In this document: in pieces, positions 13,551-23,313 of the stretch
How the letters are laid out: every line of letters begins with the position of its first letter
Numbering within the stretch: position 1 is the stretch's first letter
Virus record (IMG/VR): IMGVR_UViG_3300032249_000373
Span: 1-24,260 of that record
Reading direction: 5' to 3' (one strand)
DNA length: 24,260 nucleotides
DNA from: a virus
Notes under the pieces: generated by a model
The model's input: the letters and a program-made list of their open reading frames with translations, nothing else
What the model was told of the DNA's origin: nothing
Database searches by the model: none
Translations under genes and position numbers: made by a program

Positions 13551-14113
13551 TGCCAGATGTTGTTTTATCAAATGATGATCTAACCGTTTTGGCTGGCCCA
13601 TCAACAGTTGAACTACTTGTTGATATTGGTCCAACTGGAACTCGTGGTAGTAAATTTTTTGTTGGTATTGGAAATCCAAACTCACTTTCTGGATTAGGTC
13701 AAATACTAAATGATATGTATATTGATACAGCACCTGGTCCAAACTATGGATATTTATACCAATATATTTCAACACCTGGTGGTTCTTCATGGGTTGAGGT
13801 TTTACGTGTGAACCCAACAATTTATTCTAAATTACACACAGTAACTTTTGCTTCAGGAACAAGCGCATATGCTGGAAATGGATCTGTAGTTATTCCAATA
13901 ACAGATATATCTACTTCTGCTGGACTTACCGCCGAAAACTTTAATGTTCAATATTCAATCCAAAATACAAAACCACTAGCATCTTCTCTTTCATCTGTTC
14001 AGATATCTGGAACAGATTTAGTTATAAATCTTGAGGCTTCCGAATATGATGGAACTTGGGGTGCCTTTGATGCAGAGGTTTCAGTTCACATTTTTGTATC
14101 GGTTATGATATAA
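13550..14113 (+). CDS. Conserved virion-module protein
   Basis: TAATG coupling; GPTGTRGS and NDMYID...YLYQY motifs. Confidence 0.7.
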   Translation: MPDVVLSNDDLTVLAGPSTVELLVDIGPTGTRGSKFFVGIGNPNSLSGLGQILNDMYIDTAPGPNYGYLYQYISTPGGSSWVEVLRVNPTIYSKLHTVTFASGTSAYAGNGSVVIPITDISTSAGLTAENFNVQYSIQNTKPLASSLSSVQISGTDLVINLEASEYDGTWGAFDAEVSVHIFVSVMI

Positions 14114-14131
14114 TGAACGAGGTGAAATGAC

Positions 14132-14656
14132 ATGGCAGCAGAATCAATAGGAGCACTATACTCCACAAAAATTCCAGGGTATGCAGACAATGCTGATATT
14201 CAGGCTGCATTTAAGTTATATCATTATGGCTCAACAGATTATAATACTGCAAATGCTAATACTGCAAGTTTAGTAAATCCATCTATTGCATATACACTAA
14301 ATGATCTTCAAGGGCAAATTACCAACCTTGATCCAACAGGCTCTGTTTCAAAATCCATAATTGATGCAAAAGGAGATTTGCTTGTAGGTTCTGCAAACGA
14401 TTCAGTAGATAATTTATCTATTGGAAGCAATAATTATGTTTTAACAGCAGATTCAACTCAGACACTTGGATTAAAATGGGCAGCACTTCCAACAGCAAGT
14501 ACAAGTGGAGCAGGAGTAGTTCAACTAACAGACTCAACTTCTTCAACATCAACATCAACCGCTGCAACGCCAGCATCAGTTAAGTCTGCATACGACTTGG
14601 CATCTGCAGCAGCAGAGGCTGGAATTCCAGTCACATTAATGATGATGGGTGGATAA
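14132..14656 (+). CDS. Short tail-fibre protein with Phage_fiber_2-type repeat
   Basis: ASTSGAGVVQLTDST...AATPASVKSAYD repeat; DAKGDLLVG module. Confidence 0.75.
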   Translation: MAAESIGALYSTKIPGYADNADIQAAFKLYHYGSTDYNTANANTASLVNPSIAYTLNDLQGQITNLDPTGSVSKSIIDAKGDLLVGSANDSVDNLSIGSNNYVLTADSTQTLGLKWAALPTASTSGAGVVQLTDSTSSTSTSTAATPASVKSAYDLASAAAEAGIPVTLMMMGG

Positions 14657-14718
14657 AATGTATGTTATAATTAGCATAGATTCGGTGCAAGTGCACAGAA
14701 ATAGAGGAGAAAAAATAA

Positions 14719-15051
14719 ATGCCAACAACATATAAGGTGCTAGGACAGTCAGCACCAGCAAATACATCAGAGGCAACACTTTATACTGTGCCTTCTTTAA
14801 CGCAAGCAGTAGTTTCAACAGTTGCAGTAGCAAATTTAACTGGTACTGCAGCAAATGCATCAGTTAATGTTTGCATCAACGGTGCTGCTTCTTCAAATGC
14901 AAATACATTTTTAAAGACTGTTTCAATTCCAGCCTTGTCAACAGTTACATTTACTGTTGGTATTACAATGGGTGCAGCAGATCTTATCAGAGTCACATCT
15001 GGAACTGGTAACGCACTATCATTCCAAGCATTTGGAAGCGAGATTTCCTAA
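14719..15051 (+). CDS. Conserved small virion beta protein
   Basis: MPTTYKVLGQSAP...LYTVP...LSFQAFGSEIS; GAGGAG RBS. Confidence 0.75.
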   Translation: MPTTYKVLGQSAPANTSEATLYTVPSLTQAVVSTVAVANLTGTAANASVNVCINGAASSNANTFLKTVSIPALSTVTFTVGITMGAADLIRVTSGTGNALSFQAFGSEIS

Positions 15052-15053
15052 TC

Positions 15054-16025
15054 ATGGCAATACGCAGTAATGGATCAATTCAAGCAACAGCAGCAGGAGC
15101 ATCATTTCCACCAAAGACTGTTCCTGGACTAATAGCAACAATTACAGTTGCTACAACTTCAACAACTGCTGCAACTATTACGTGGGCAGCACCTGCAAAC
15201 GTTGGTAGCGGTTCAATTACTGGGTATACACTAGACCGTAGTACAAATGGTTCTTCTTGGACAAATATACTTACAAACTCTAATGTAACAACAACGTCTG
15301 CAACAGGTTTAACAAATGGAACAACATACTATTGGCGTGTTGCTGCAGTTAACGAAGTTGGTACAGGATCTTTTAATCAGGCAGTAGCCCTTCACAAGTT
15401 CGGTCTTGGAACATTTACAACACAAGACTATACATCAGGTGCAACTTGGACATGTCCTGCTGGAGTAACATCAGCAAATGTTACTGTTGTTGGTGGCGGT
15501 GCAGCAGGCTCCAGCGCTGCAGGTGGCGGAGGAGCAAGACCAAGATATTATGAAAATATAGCCGTAACACCAGGAGTTGGTTATAGTATTGTAATTGGAG
15601 CAGGAGCAACACAAGGTAGTTCTTCAGATGGAGGAACAACTTCTTTTGCAACAAATTACACTTCAGCAGGAGGCTCTTATAGTAATAGCGGAATTCACAT
15701 GGTTGGCAATGATGTTGGTCCAATCGCTGGTGCCACACTTGGCTTCCTTGGATGGCGGCAAGGCACAACCATTCCAATGGATACAATGGGTATCGGATGG
15801 AGAACTTCAGGTGGTGGTGGACGTGGAACAGCAACTAGCGGTTCAGAAACTTGGGTTCAAGTAGGAACAGGCGGAAGTAATTCAGGTGCTGGAGGACTTA
15901 ACTATATTGCAGGACAGACTTCTGCACCAGGTTATGCAGCAAGTGGCAATGGAAATGGTGGCGGTGGCGGTAGTCCAGGCGGTGCTGGTACTGGTGGACT
16001 AGTTAGAATTACATATTATGTTTAA
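15054..16025 (+). CDS. Fibronectin type III + glycine-rich fibre/receptor-binding protein
   Basis: ITWAAP..ITGY..GLTNGTTYYWRVAAVN; WTCPAGVT..VVGGG...GGLVRITY. Confidence 0.85.
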   Translation: MAIRSNGSIQATAAGASFPPKTVPGLIATITVATTSTTAATITWAAPANVGSGSITGYTLDRSTNGSSWTNILTNSNVTTTSATGLTNGTTYYWRVAAVNEVGTGSFNQAVALHKFGLGTFTTQDYTSGATWTCPAGVTSANVTVVGGGAAGSSAAGGGGARPRYYENIAVTPGVGYSIVIGAGATQGSSSDGGTTSFATNYTSAGGSYSNSGIHMVGNDVGPIAGATLGFLGWRQGTTIPMDTMGIGWRTSGGGGRGTATSGSETWVQVGTGGSNSGAGGLNYIAGQTSAPGYAASGNGNGGGGGSPGGAGTGGLVRITYYV

Positions 16026-16037
16026 AGGAGAAAAATA

Positions 16038-16400
16038 ATGTCAAGTTCATTTTCAGAAAATTTGTACGCAGTTATAGGTAGTGAAAACATTGTATTAAAT
16101 ATAATTGTCATTGATGCATCTTTAACTGCTGAAGAAGTTGAAAATTTATTGTTATCTCTTGGTGAAAATCTAACATTCGTAAACATTTCTGAAATTGAAG
16201 GAGTTGCTGGAGTTGGTTATGAATACTCTGATGGAAAGTTTACTCCACCAAACCCAGAGCCAGGTACATCAAACTATGTTTACGAAAGTCAAACAAATTC
16301 TTGGATACCAGCAGTTCCATATCCAGAAAATGAACCAGAAAACAAGTATGACTATCATGCTGGTGAATGGGTCATTAGTCCATCATTAAAAATAGTATAA
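16038..16400 (+). CDS. Partner of Gly-rich fibre (possible assembly chaperone)
   Basis: YAVI..NIVLNIIV...AGVGYEY.DGKFTPP..WIPAVPYP pattern; AAGGAG RBS. Confidence 0.65.
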   Translation: MSSSFSENLYAVIGSENIVLNIIVIDASLTAEEVENLLLSLGENLTFVNISEIEGVAGVGYEYSDGKFTPPNPEPGTSNYVYESQTNSWIPAVPYPENEPENKYDYHAGEWVISPSLKIV

Positions 16401-16425
16401 ATAAAATTATTTTGGGGGTAGTATT

Positions 16426-17139
16426 ATTTTTAAAAAAGATAAAAAACTTATTTTTTTACCATTTGATGAGTACGTATCACAATATGGAGAAAAACCAAAT
16501 CCATCATATAAAAATATACCTGAATGGTATAAAGAAACGCCAAGATATAGGTATGGAAACAAGTTTGATGTAGATGATGATGGAATTTCAAATATTGGAT
16601 TAAAGTTTTGTTTGCCATTTTTTGATTCACTCTCTGCTGGATATATGATAAAAACACACTCAGATGTTTTTGTTAAAACAGATGCAGATGGAAACAAAAT
16701 GATAAAGACTGCAGGAACTTATAATATTGTTGAAACTAGAAATAGAGGCATAGTTTCATCCATCCCTGTTCCAGAAAATTATACAAAATTTGATTTTGTT
16801 TGGCAATTAAGTATTGGAACAAAAACACCAAAAGGATATAGTCTTTTGTATACCCACCCACTTAATAGACTTGATCTTCCGTTTTTTACATCAAGTGGAA
16901 TAATAGACTCAGACACATTTAATGATGCAGGTGGATACGGATTTTGTTTAGATAAAAACTTTAATGGGCTTATACCAAAGGGAACTCCAGTAATGCAAGT
17001 TATCCCAATAAAAAGAGAAACATGGAGTCATGAAGTTTCTGATGAGTTTTTAGATCCAAAGTTAAAAAGAATGGACCCAAGATCAAAGTTTTTTGGTTTT
17101 TATAAAAAACATAATTGGTCAAGAAAAGATTATAAATAA
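16426..17139 (+). CDS. DUF6065-like phage protein, paralog 3 (probable ATT start)
   Basis: Frame open from 16405; IPEWYK..KFCLPFFDSLSAGY..KTPKGYS..THPLNRLDLPF..SGIIDSD. Confidence 0.65.
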   Translation: MFKKDKKLIFLPFDEYVSQYGEKPNPSYKNIPEWYKETPRYRYGNKFDVDDDGISNIGLKFCLPFFDSLSAGYMIKTHSDVFVKTDADGNKMIKTAGTYNIVETRNRGIVSSIPVPENYTKFDFVWQLSIGTKTPKGYSLLYTHPLNRLDLPFFTSSGIIDSDTFNDAGGYGFCLDKNFNGLIPKGTPVMQVIPIKRETWSHEVSDEFLDPKLKRMDPRSKFFGFYKKHNWSRKDYK

Positions 17140-17810
17140 TGCCATTAGAGAACTATATAAGTAGTTATAATCCAAATACCATATGTATTGGGTGGGTTTC
17201 TCCAGGCAATGTTGAAAATATTTTTTGCAAAAGTTTGTCTACAGCAATTTTACAAAATCCAGAAATTATTACAGATATTGTTACTGTAGATGGAAATGTT
17301 TTAACAGTTGTAAGAAACGTATTAATAGATACATTTTTAAAAAACACAAGCACAGAATGGCTATTAATGATTGACTCAGATGTTGGGTTTTCTTCAAAAG
17401 ATATACATGAGTTATTAGAGGTTGCAAACCAGGAAAAGGCAAAGGTAGTATCTGGATTATTATTTCTTCAAAGAGCAGCCTGGGATTCACCAGTTTTAGA
17501 GCCAGGAATAGTAAAATTTGTAGATAAGCATAATATTGAAACAATTTGGAATTTTGAAAAAGAATCTATCTTTGAAATAGATGGTGGATCTCTTGGATTT
17601 GTTTTGGTCCATAGAGATGTTTTACTTGATATGAATGATGAAAGAAGTTTTCCTTGGTTTTTTCAAAATGAAGAAAATCAAGTCTGGCAAGGAGAAGATA
17701 TTACATTTTTTAGAAGAGTTAAAGAAAAAGGATATAAAGTTTTTGCAACATCAAAAACAAATCTTTATCATGTAAAAAAGTTTGCACTAAACAAAAACAT
17801 GTATAATTAA
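17139..17810 (+). CDS. GT-A (GT2-like) glycosyltransferase
   Basis: RNVLIDTFL..WLLMIDSD (DxD), GFVLVHRDV, GEDITF. Confidence 0.85.
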   Translation: MPLENYISSYNPNTICIGWVSPGNVENIFCKSLSTAILQNPEIITDIVTVDGNVLTVVRNVLIDTFLKNTSTEWLLMIDSDVGFSSKDIHELLEVANQEKAKVVSGLLFLQRAAWDSPVLEPGIVKFVDKHNIETIWNFEKESIFEIDGGSLGFVLVHRDVLLDMNDERSFPWFFQNEENQVWQGEDITFFRRVKEKGYKVFATSKTNLYHVKKFALNKNMYN

Positions 17811-17812
17811 AA

Positions 17813-18559
17813 TTATTTAAAGTCTTTTCTTTTCCATATTTTTTTAGAATATCTTGATATTTCTAGTCTAAGTAACATATCTTCATCTGTTGACTCTGAT
17901 GAATCTTTTACATTCTTTGTCCAAGAATCTCTTTTAAAAGGAATTATTTGTGCAATAGGGGTTCCACGTTTTAAAATTCCTGTAAAATTATTTTTTAATA
18001 AAAAGGGGAAATTAATAACGCCGTTATATATGTCTGTCTCTACCACAGCAGAAAGAGTGTGAAATGGAAGATCTGTTCTGTTTAGTGGGTGAGTTATAAG
18101 GCAACTATAACCTTTTGGTGTTTTAATAGAAAAATTATTAATAAACTTATACGGTATTTTATAGAACTCAGACCCTACTTCAACATTATATACTTGTCTT
18201 TCATCGTGTAGATCAATAGGACCTGGAACCCCATTTCTCCAAATAATTTTTGGACCAATCTTTCTGTCTAACAACATTACAGATTCTTCAGGGCTACGTT
18301 CTGATATTTCAACATCACAATTTAACAGTATAAAGTATCCAAGGCTAAGTGAGTCTCTAAATGGAAAACATTTCTTAATAGTAAAAGATGTATTTCCATC
18401 ATCTAATAGTTTTACCTTTTTAAATCCAGGAGGAACTGGCTCCATAGACTTAAACCATTCAGGAAGCAAACTAACACACGGCTCTGGAGGTAAAACAGTA
18501 TTGCTGTTAAAACCTCTAGATGTGTCTAATAAAAAAGATATTTTATTATTTTTTAACAT
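17813..18559 (-). CDS. DUF6065-like phage protein, paralog 4
   Basis: LPEWFK..IKKCFPFRDSLSLGY..KTPKGYS..THPLNRTDLPF..GTPIAQIIPFKR. Confidence 0.65.
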   Translation of the reverse strand: MLKNNKISFLLDTSRGFNSNTVLPPEPCVSLLPEWFKSMEPVPPGFKKVKLLDDGNTSFTIKKCFPFRDSLSLGYFILLNCDVEISERSPEESVMLLDRKIGPKIIWRNGVPGPIDLHDERQVYNVEVGSEFYKIPYKFINNFSIKTPKGYSCLITHPLNRTDLPFHTLSAVVETDIYNGVINFPFLLKNNFTGILKRGTPIAQIIPFKRDSWTKNVKDSSESTDEDMLLRLEISRYSKKIWKRKDFK

Positions 18560-18581
18560 TTATAACCCCACCAATCAATCA

Positions 18582-19127
18582 TTACCTAGGAAATTTATTC
18601 ATCCACATTTTAGTTCTAGGAGTTATGCCTTTCCAAGAAGACCAATCTTCTCCACCCCTAGACATGTAGTATGCAATCTCAGCATTTTTGACGGGATTGA
18701 ATAATTCAGCGTTAGAATCAAGATCAAACTTATTTCGTCTATCTGGACCCAAGTTGTCAATCATATTAATCTGAAACATCCCGTAAGATGAGTCCCCTGT
18801 TTTATGGTTTCCGTTAAATGCTAAAGGACGACCATTAGATTCTTTCTTAGCAATAGCCCAAGCCACTACTAAATCATTACCTCTAAACCCAACAAGGTAA
18901 AGAAGGTCTTTTAGTTCAACATCTGTAAGATGTGTTTTATTTTCATAACGTTCTAACATTTTTGCTTTAGAAACAACAAAAGCCACCTTGTGGGTGGCAG
19001 CAGGGTTTTCAGCCTGTTTAATTAGTAAATTATTTTCCGTATTTGATGCACTAGCAAAGTTGCTAAATGGTGCTACAACCCCAACCAATGCTAGGATTCC
19101 AATCCAAGCCTTTTTATCTCTTCTCAT
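18582..19127 (-). CDS. Secreted lysozyme-like lytic transglycosylase (SLT-type)
   Basis: N-terminal signal/TM; AIAKKES (catalytic Glu), SYGMFQIN, LFNPVKN, DWSSW; AGGAGG RBS. Confidence 0.85.
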   Translation of the reverse strand: MRRDKKAWIGILALVGVVAPFSNFASASNTENNLLIKQAENPAATHKVAFVVSKAKMLERYENKTHLTDVELKDLLYLVGFRGNDLVVAWAIAKKESNGRPLAFNGNHKTGDSSYGMFQINMIDNLGPDRRNKFDLDSNAELFNPVKNAEIAYYMSRGGEDWSSWKGITPRTKMWMNKFPR

Positions 19128-19178
19128 AATAAAAACCTCCTAGAGACTAAAAATGCTACTTGTTAGTAGCATGTATTA

Positions 19179-19263
19179 ATTATAACATGAATTTGGCTTC
19201 AAAGTCAAACTTTTGGTAACATTTTGGTAACTTTTTAATTTTCATGCGGGAAAGTGGTATAAT
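19179..19263. promoter_or_regulatory. Divergent promoters flanking a GTAAC-N6-GTAAC direct repeat
   Basis: Minus TTGACT-18-TATAAT; plus TGGTATAAT (19255-19263); repeat at 19216-19231. Confidence 0.6.
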
Positions 19264-19273
19264 AATAAGTACT

Positions 19274-19801
19274 ATGGCTACTGGTGCAACTACTAATTAT
19301 GATCTTCCTTATCCCGTTTTAAGTGACCCCGTAAATGTTCACGAGGACATTCAATCACTTGCAGAACGACTAGAAGATATACTTTCTAATGTTGGTATTC
19401 CGTTTGTTTCTTTAGAAGTTAGAAATGTAACTGGTGCCACAATTGCTAAAGGTACTCCAGTGTATATATCTGGGTATTCAACAAAACCAACAATTGCAAA
19501 ATGTGATTCAGACGATTTAACAACATTCCCAGTTGCTGGAATAACCCAGTCAGCAATTTCAACTGCAACAGATGGAGTTATTATTGTTTCTGGAGTATTT
19601 GAAGGAATCAACACTTCTTCATATACCGCTGGAGAAATACTATATGTTGCAAATGGTGGAGGACTTACAGACACAATTCCAGCAGGGGGATCTGGTGCTG
19701 TAGCAGTAGTTGCTAAATCAAATGCTTCAACTGGAATTATTATTGTTGGACAGCCAAAAGGCAATGGAACATGGGGATCAATGAAAGCAGGTTTAGCATA
19801 A
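19274..19801 (+). CDS. Virion structural protein
   Basis: MATGATTNYDLPYP..VHEDIQSLAE anchor followed by a beta domain; start moved downstream of the promoter. Confidence 0.7.
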   Translation: MATGATTNYDLPYPVLSDPVNVHEDIQSLAERLEDILSNVGIPFVSLEVRNVTGATIAKGTPVYISGYSTKPTIAKCDSDDLTTFPVAGITQSAISTATDGVIIVSGVFEGINTSSYTAGEILYVANGGGLTDTIPAGGSGAVAVVAKSNASTGIIIVGQPKGNGTWGSMKAGLA

Positions 19802-20214
19802 TGGCAATTTATAGAGGTCAAGGCGCATCTACATATGACATTGGAGAGGCCCCACCATTTGTTAATTGGACTATTGTAAAAGGAGATACAGCATCCTTTT
19901 TGGTTTATCTAACAGATGATGCAAGACAGCCTTTAACCATTTCTGATTGGACAATAGAGGCAGAATTTAAAAGACCAACTACTCCAGTTGATCCTCAAAT
20001 AATTACAGATTCTGCAACAATACTTTTTACAATCAATCCAACACAAGACCTAGCCGATGAAGACGGAGAGTTTAAAGTTAACCTAACTGCAGCACAAACT
20101 GCACAGTTAAGAACAAATGACATATTTGACATTGAACTGCGTCTTCCCCAGAATACCCTTGTATGGACAGTTGCTCAAGGTAAGATCACCCTGCTTGAGG
20201 ATGTTACAAACTAG
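19801..20214 (+). CDS. Virion adaptor-like beta protein (WTIVKGD), copy 3
   Basis: TAATG coupling; similar to 11929. Confidence 0.7.
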   Translation: MAIYRGQGASTYDIGEAPPFVNWTIVKGDTASFLVYLTDDARQPLTISDWTIEAEFKRPTTPVDPQIITDSATILFTINPTQDLADEDGEFKVNLTAAQTAQLRTNDIFDIELRLPQNTLVWTVAQGKITLLEDVTN

Positions 20215-20435
20215 TGGCAACTGTTACTATAAATAATAACAATCCCATTACTACAAAAGTCATTGAAAGAGTTTCTTTTCCAAAGGCAGAGATTGTTGAT
20301 TTAAACCGTGGTATAAGAATAAATTCAGTACTACCATTTAGAATAAGATTCACAGCAATACAAATACCAAGTGCTATTGGAAATGTCCCAGCAATTCCTT
20401 TACAGGTAATTGGTTTTTCTAACTATATACTTTAA
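20214..20435 (+). CDS. Small coupled virion-module protein (73 aa, GTG start)
   Basis: TAGTG overlap. Confidence 0.7.
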   Translation: MATVTINNNNPITTKVIERVSFPKAEIVDLNRGIRINSVLPFRIRFTAIQIPSAIGNVPAIPLQVIGFSNYIL

Positions 20436-20456
20436 AATATATGATATAATTCAAGC

Positions 20457-20897
20457 ATGGCTAAAATATCAATTTCAAGCGTAAAGGCCCTGTTTCAGAC
20501 AGGCGATAGACCAACTCAAGCAAACTATGAGGATTTAATTGACAGCGCATCTGCAAGATCAACAGATCTTGGTTCAGACGGTAATAATGAAGTAACAATT
20601 ACTGGCATTGAAAATAGCACAATCTTTGATAATTTTACTGCTTCAGAGTGGAGATCAGTTAAGTATGTGATCTCACTAAAAAAGAGTACTGGAAATAAGT
20701 ACTATACAACAGAGTTAACCATAGTCCCTGACGGTACAAATGATAACGTCAGTGAATATGGAACAGTAGACAATGATGGGAATATTGGCACCGTTAGCGT
20801 CTCTAGGGCAGGCGGCACAGTTAATCTAACTGTAGTTCCAGTGGTGGGTCAGACCCCGATTACCTTACGCTACATGCGTACTGGTTTGAAGGCTTAA
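20457..20897 (+). CDS. Virion protein (FQTGDRPTQ..DLIDS N-terminus)
   Basis: Leaderless after TGATATAAT; C-domain resembles the C-terminus of 20913. Confidence 0.75.
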   Translation: MAKISISSVKALFQTGDRPTQANYEDLIDSASARSTDLGSDGNNEVTITGIENSTIFDNFTASEWRSVKYVISLKKSTGNKYYTTELTIVPDGTNDNVSEYGTVDNDGNIGTVSVSRAGGTVNLTVVPVVGQTPITLRYMRTGLKA

Positions 20898-20912
20898 CCA
20901 AGGAGATAATAA

Positions 20913-22841
20913 ATGGCAACAGTAACAAAAGACTTTAGAGTAAAGGCTGGATTAGTAGTTGAGGGCGCAACCGCAACCGTTGAAGGTCACGATATTCTTA
21001 CAAAGAAAATTGCAGATGCAAAAGGTGATTTACTAGTTGGTACTGCAGATAATGCAATATCACGCCTTGGCGTTGGTAGCAATAATTATATTTTAACAGC
21101 AGACTCAAACGAAGCAACAGGTGTTAAGTGGGCAGCCCCACAAGCAGTTGGTTCATTTGAATCAAGCATTGTTTTTGAAGGTGCTACAGCAAATGACTTT
21201 GAAACAACAATTGCAGTAACAGACCCAACAGCAGACCGCACAATAACATTTCCAGATGCAACTGGCACAGTAGCACTTACTTCAGATGTTACAACACACG
21301 CAAACCTTACTGAAGCACATGGCGCAACAGGCGCTGTAGTTGGTACAACTAACACACAAACACTAACTAACAAAACTTTAACATCACCAAAGATTAATGA
21401 AGATGTTGCACTTACTGCAACTGCTACAGAACTTAACTTAATAGATGGTTCAATAGCAGGAACTGTTGTAAATAGCAAAGCAGTAGTTTATGGTTCAGCA
21501 GGAGAAGTAAATGCTACAACATTACAAATTGCTGGTACATCAATTACGGCATCTGCTGCAGAACTTAACTATGTTGACGGTGTAACTTCAGCAATCCAGA
21601 CTCAATTAGATAACAAGGCTTCATCTTCAGACCTTACAACTCACGGCAACCTTACAGAAGCACACGGTGCAACTGGTGCAGTAGTTGGAACAACAAATAC
21701 ACAGACTCTTACAAATAAGACACTTACAAGCCCAGTAGTTTCAGGACTTGCACTTTCAGATTCAAGCGTTGTTTTTGAAGGATCTTCAGCAGATAACAAT
21801 GAAACTACACTTACAGTAACAAACCCTACAGCAGATCGCACAATCACTTTGCCAGATGCTACAGGTACTGTTGCTCTTACAAACAACAAGTTGGATGTAT
21901 TTGCAGCAACTTCTTCTGCAGAACTTATTTCAGTTATCTCTGATGAGACTGGTACTGGAGCACTTGTTTTTGCTAATACACCAACACTTGTAACACCAAA
22001 CATTGGTGCAGCAACTGGAACATCTTTGGTTCTTTCAGGGGACCTAACAGTTAACGGTACAACAACTACAATTAACTCAACAGAAATCACAGTTGACGAC
22101 AAGAACCTTACACTTGGTTCAGTAGCATCTCCAACAGATGCAGGCGCTGACGGTGGTGGTATTACTCTTAAGGGTGCTACAGACAAGACATTCTCATGGA
22201 TTGATGCAACTGATTCATGGACATCTTCTGAGCACCTAGACTTGGCAACAGGCAAGGTACTAAAGATTAATGGAACTGAAGTTCTATCAGCAACACAGTA
22301 CACTGGAAATGCTGCAACAGTAACAAATGGTATTACTACAGCAAGCAAGATTTCAGCACTGGCTGCAACATCTTCTTCAGAACTTGCAGGAGTCATCTCA
22401 GATGAAACAGGAACTGGTGCTCTAGTATTTGCTAACACACCAACTCTTGTTACTCCAGCAATCGGAGCAGCAACAGGTACAACTCTTGTTCTTTCTGGTG
22501 CACTAACTGCAACAGCAATTACACTTGATAACACATCTGTAGGATCTGCAACAGCAACTGCTGGAACATCAGCAACTACAATTGATACCTGGTCAGCAAC
22601 AACATATTCTGCTGCTAAGTACATTGTTCAAATGAAAAAGGGCGCTGATATTGAAGTAATTGAAGTTCTTGTTGCAGTTACTGGAGAAAATGTTTACCTA
22701 ACAGAGTATGCCAACGTACAAAGCAACACAGAACTTGGAACAACAAATGCTGTTTATTCAGCAGGAAATGTTCTTCTACAGGTAACTGCTGCAGCAGCAG
22801 ATACTGCTGTTAAGATCCATAGAACTTATATCGAAGCATAA
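20913..22841 (+). CDS. Long Thr/Ala-rich tail-fibre-like protein with internal repeats
   Basis: 642 aa, duplicated modules, AAGGAG RBS. Confidence 0.85.
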   Translation: MATVTKDFRVKAGLVVEGATATVEGHDILTKKIADAKGDLLVGTADNAISRLGVGSNNYILTADSNEATGVKWAAPQAVGSFESSIVFEGATANDFETTIAVTDPTADRTITFPDATGTVALTSDVTTHANLTEAHGATGAVVGTTNTQTLTNKTLTSPKINEDVALTATATELNLIDGSIAGTVVNSKAVVYGSAGEVNATTLQIAGTSITASAAELNYVDGVTSAIQTQLDNKASSSDLTTHGNLTEAHGATGAVVGTTNTQTLTNKTLTSPVVSGLALSDSSVVFEGSSADNNETTLTVTNPTADRTITLPDATGTVALTNNKLDVFAATSSAELISVISDETGTGALVFANTPTLVTPNIGAATGTSLVLSGDLTVNGTTTTINSTEITVDDKNLTLGSVASPTDAGADGGGITLKGATDKTFSWIDATDSWTSSEHLDLATGKVLKINGTEVLSATQYTGNAATVTNGITTASKISALAATSSSELAGVISDETGTGALVFANTPTLVTPAIGAATGTTLVLSGALTATAITLDNTSVGSATATAGTSATTIDTWSATTYSAAKYIVQMKKGADIEVIEVLVAVTGENVYLTEYANVQSNTELGTTNAVYSAGNVLLQVTAAAADTAVKIHRTYIEA

Positions 22842-22860
22842 TTAGGGACGGGAGTCAACT

Positions 22861-23313
22861 GTGGCAACAACTAATAGAGACTTTAAAGTAAAGCATGGGC
22901 TATCGGTAGCCGAAGGCGGTACTTTTGGTCAAGCAGTCACAGTTGGCACCCCAACTGAAAATACACACGCAGCAACAAAACTTTATGTAGATAGCCTTGA
23001 CCTTCTTGTTGAAACTGCATCAGCAGCACCAGCAGGTGCCGTAAATGGTCAATTATTTATTGACACAATAGAGAATAGACTTGCCTTTTACTATAATGGT
23101 CAGTGGAACACTGTTGCACTGCTAAATGACACAATTGAAATAGCACAACACATCCACGATACAGCAATTGATGGAACTGGTTTGATTGTTTCAACTTTTA
23201 AAGATGCAGGTTTTTATAATGAGGCTGGCGCTACAGAAGATGCTGGTTTTTATAATACTAACAGTTGGTCTGTCACATATGATGGCGGAATTGCAACAGA
23301 AGTATTTAATTAA
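22861..23313 (+). CDS. Short fibre-like virion protein (GTG start)
   Basis: N-terminus DFKVKHGL resembles 20913; HAATKLYVD motif. Confidence 0.75.
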   Translation: MATTNRDFKVKHGLSVAEGGTFGQAVTVGTPTENTHAATKLYVDSLDLLVETASAAPAGAVNGQLFIDTIENRLAFYYNGQWNTVALLNDTIEIAQHIHDTAIDGTGLIVSTFKDAGFYNEAGATEDAGFYNTNSWSVTYDGGIATEVFN

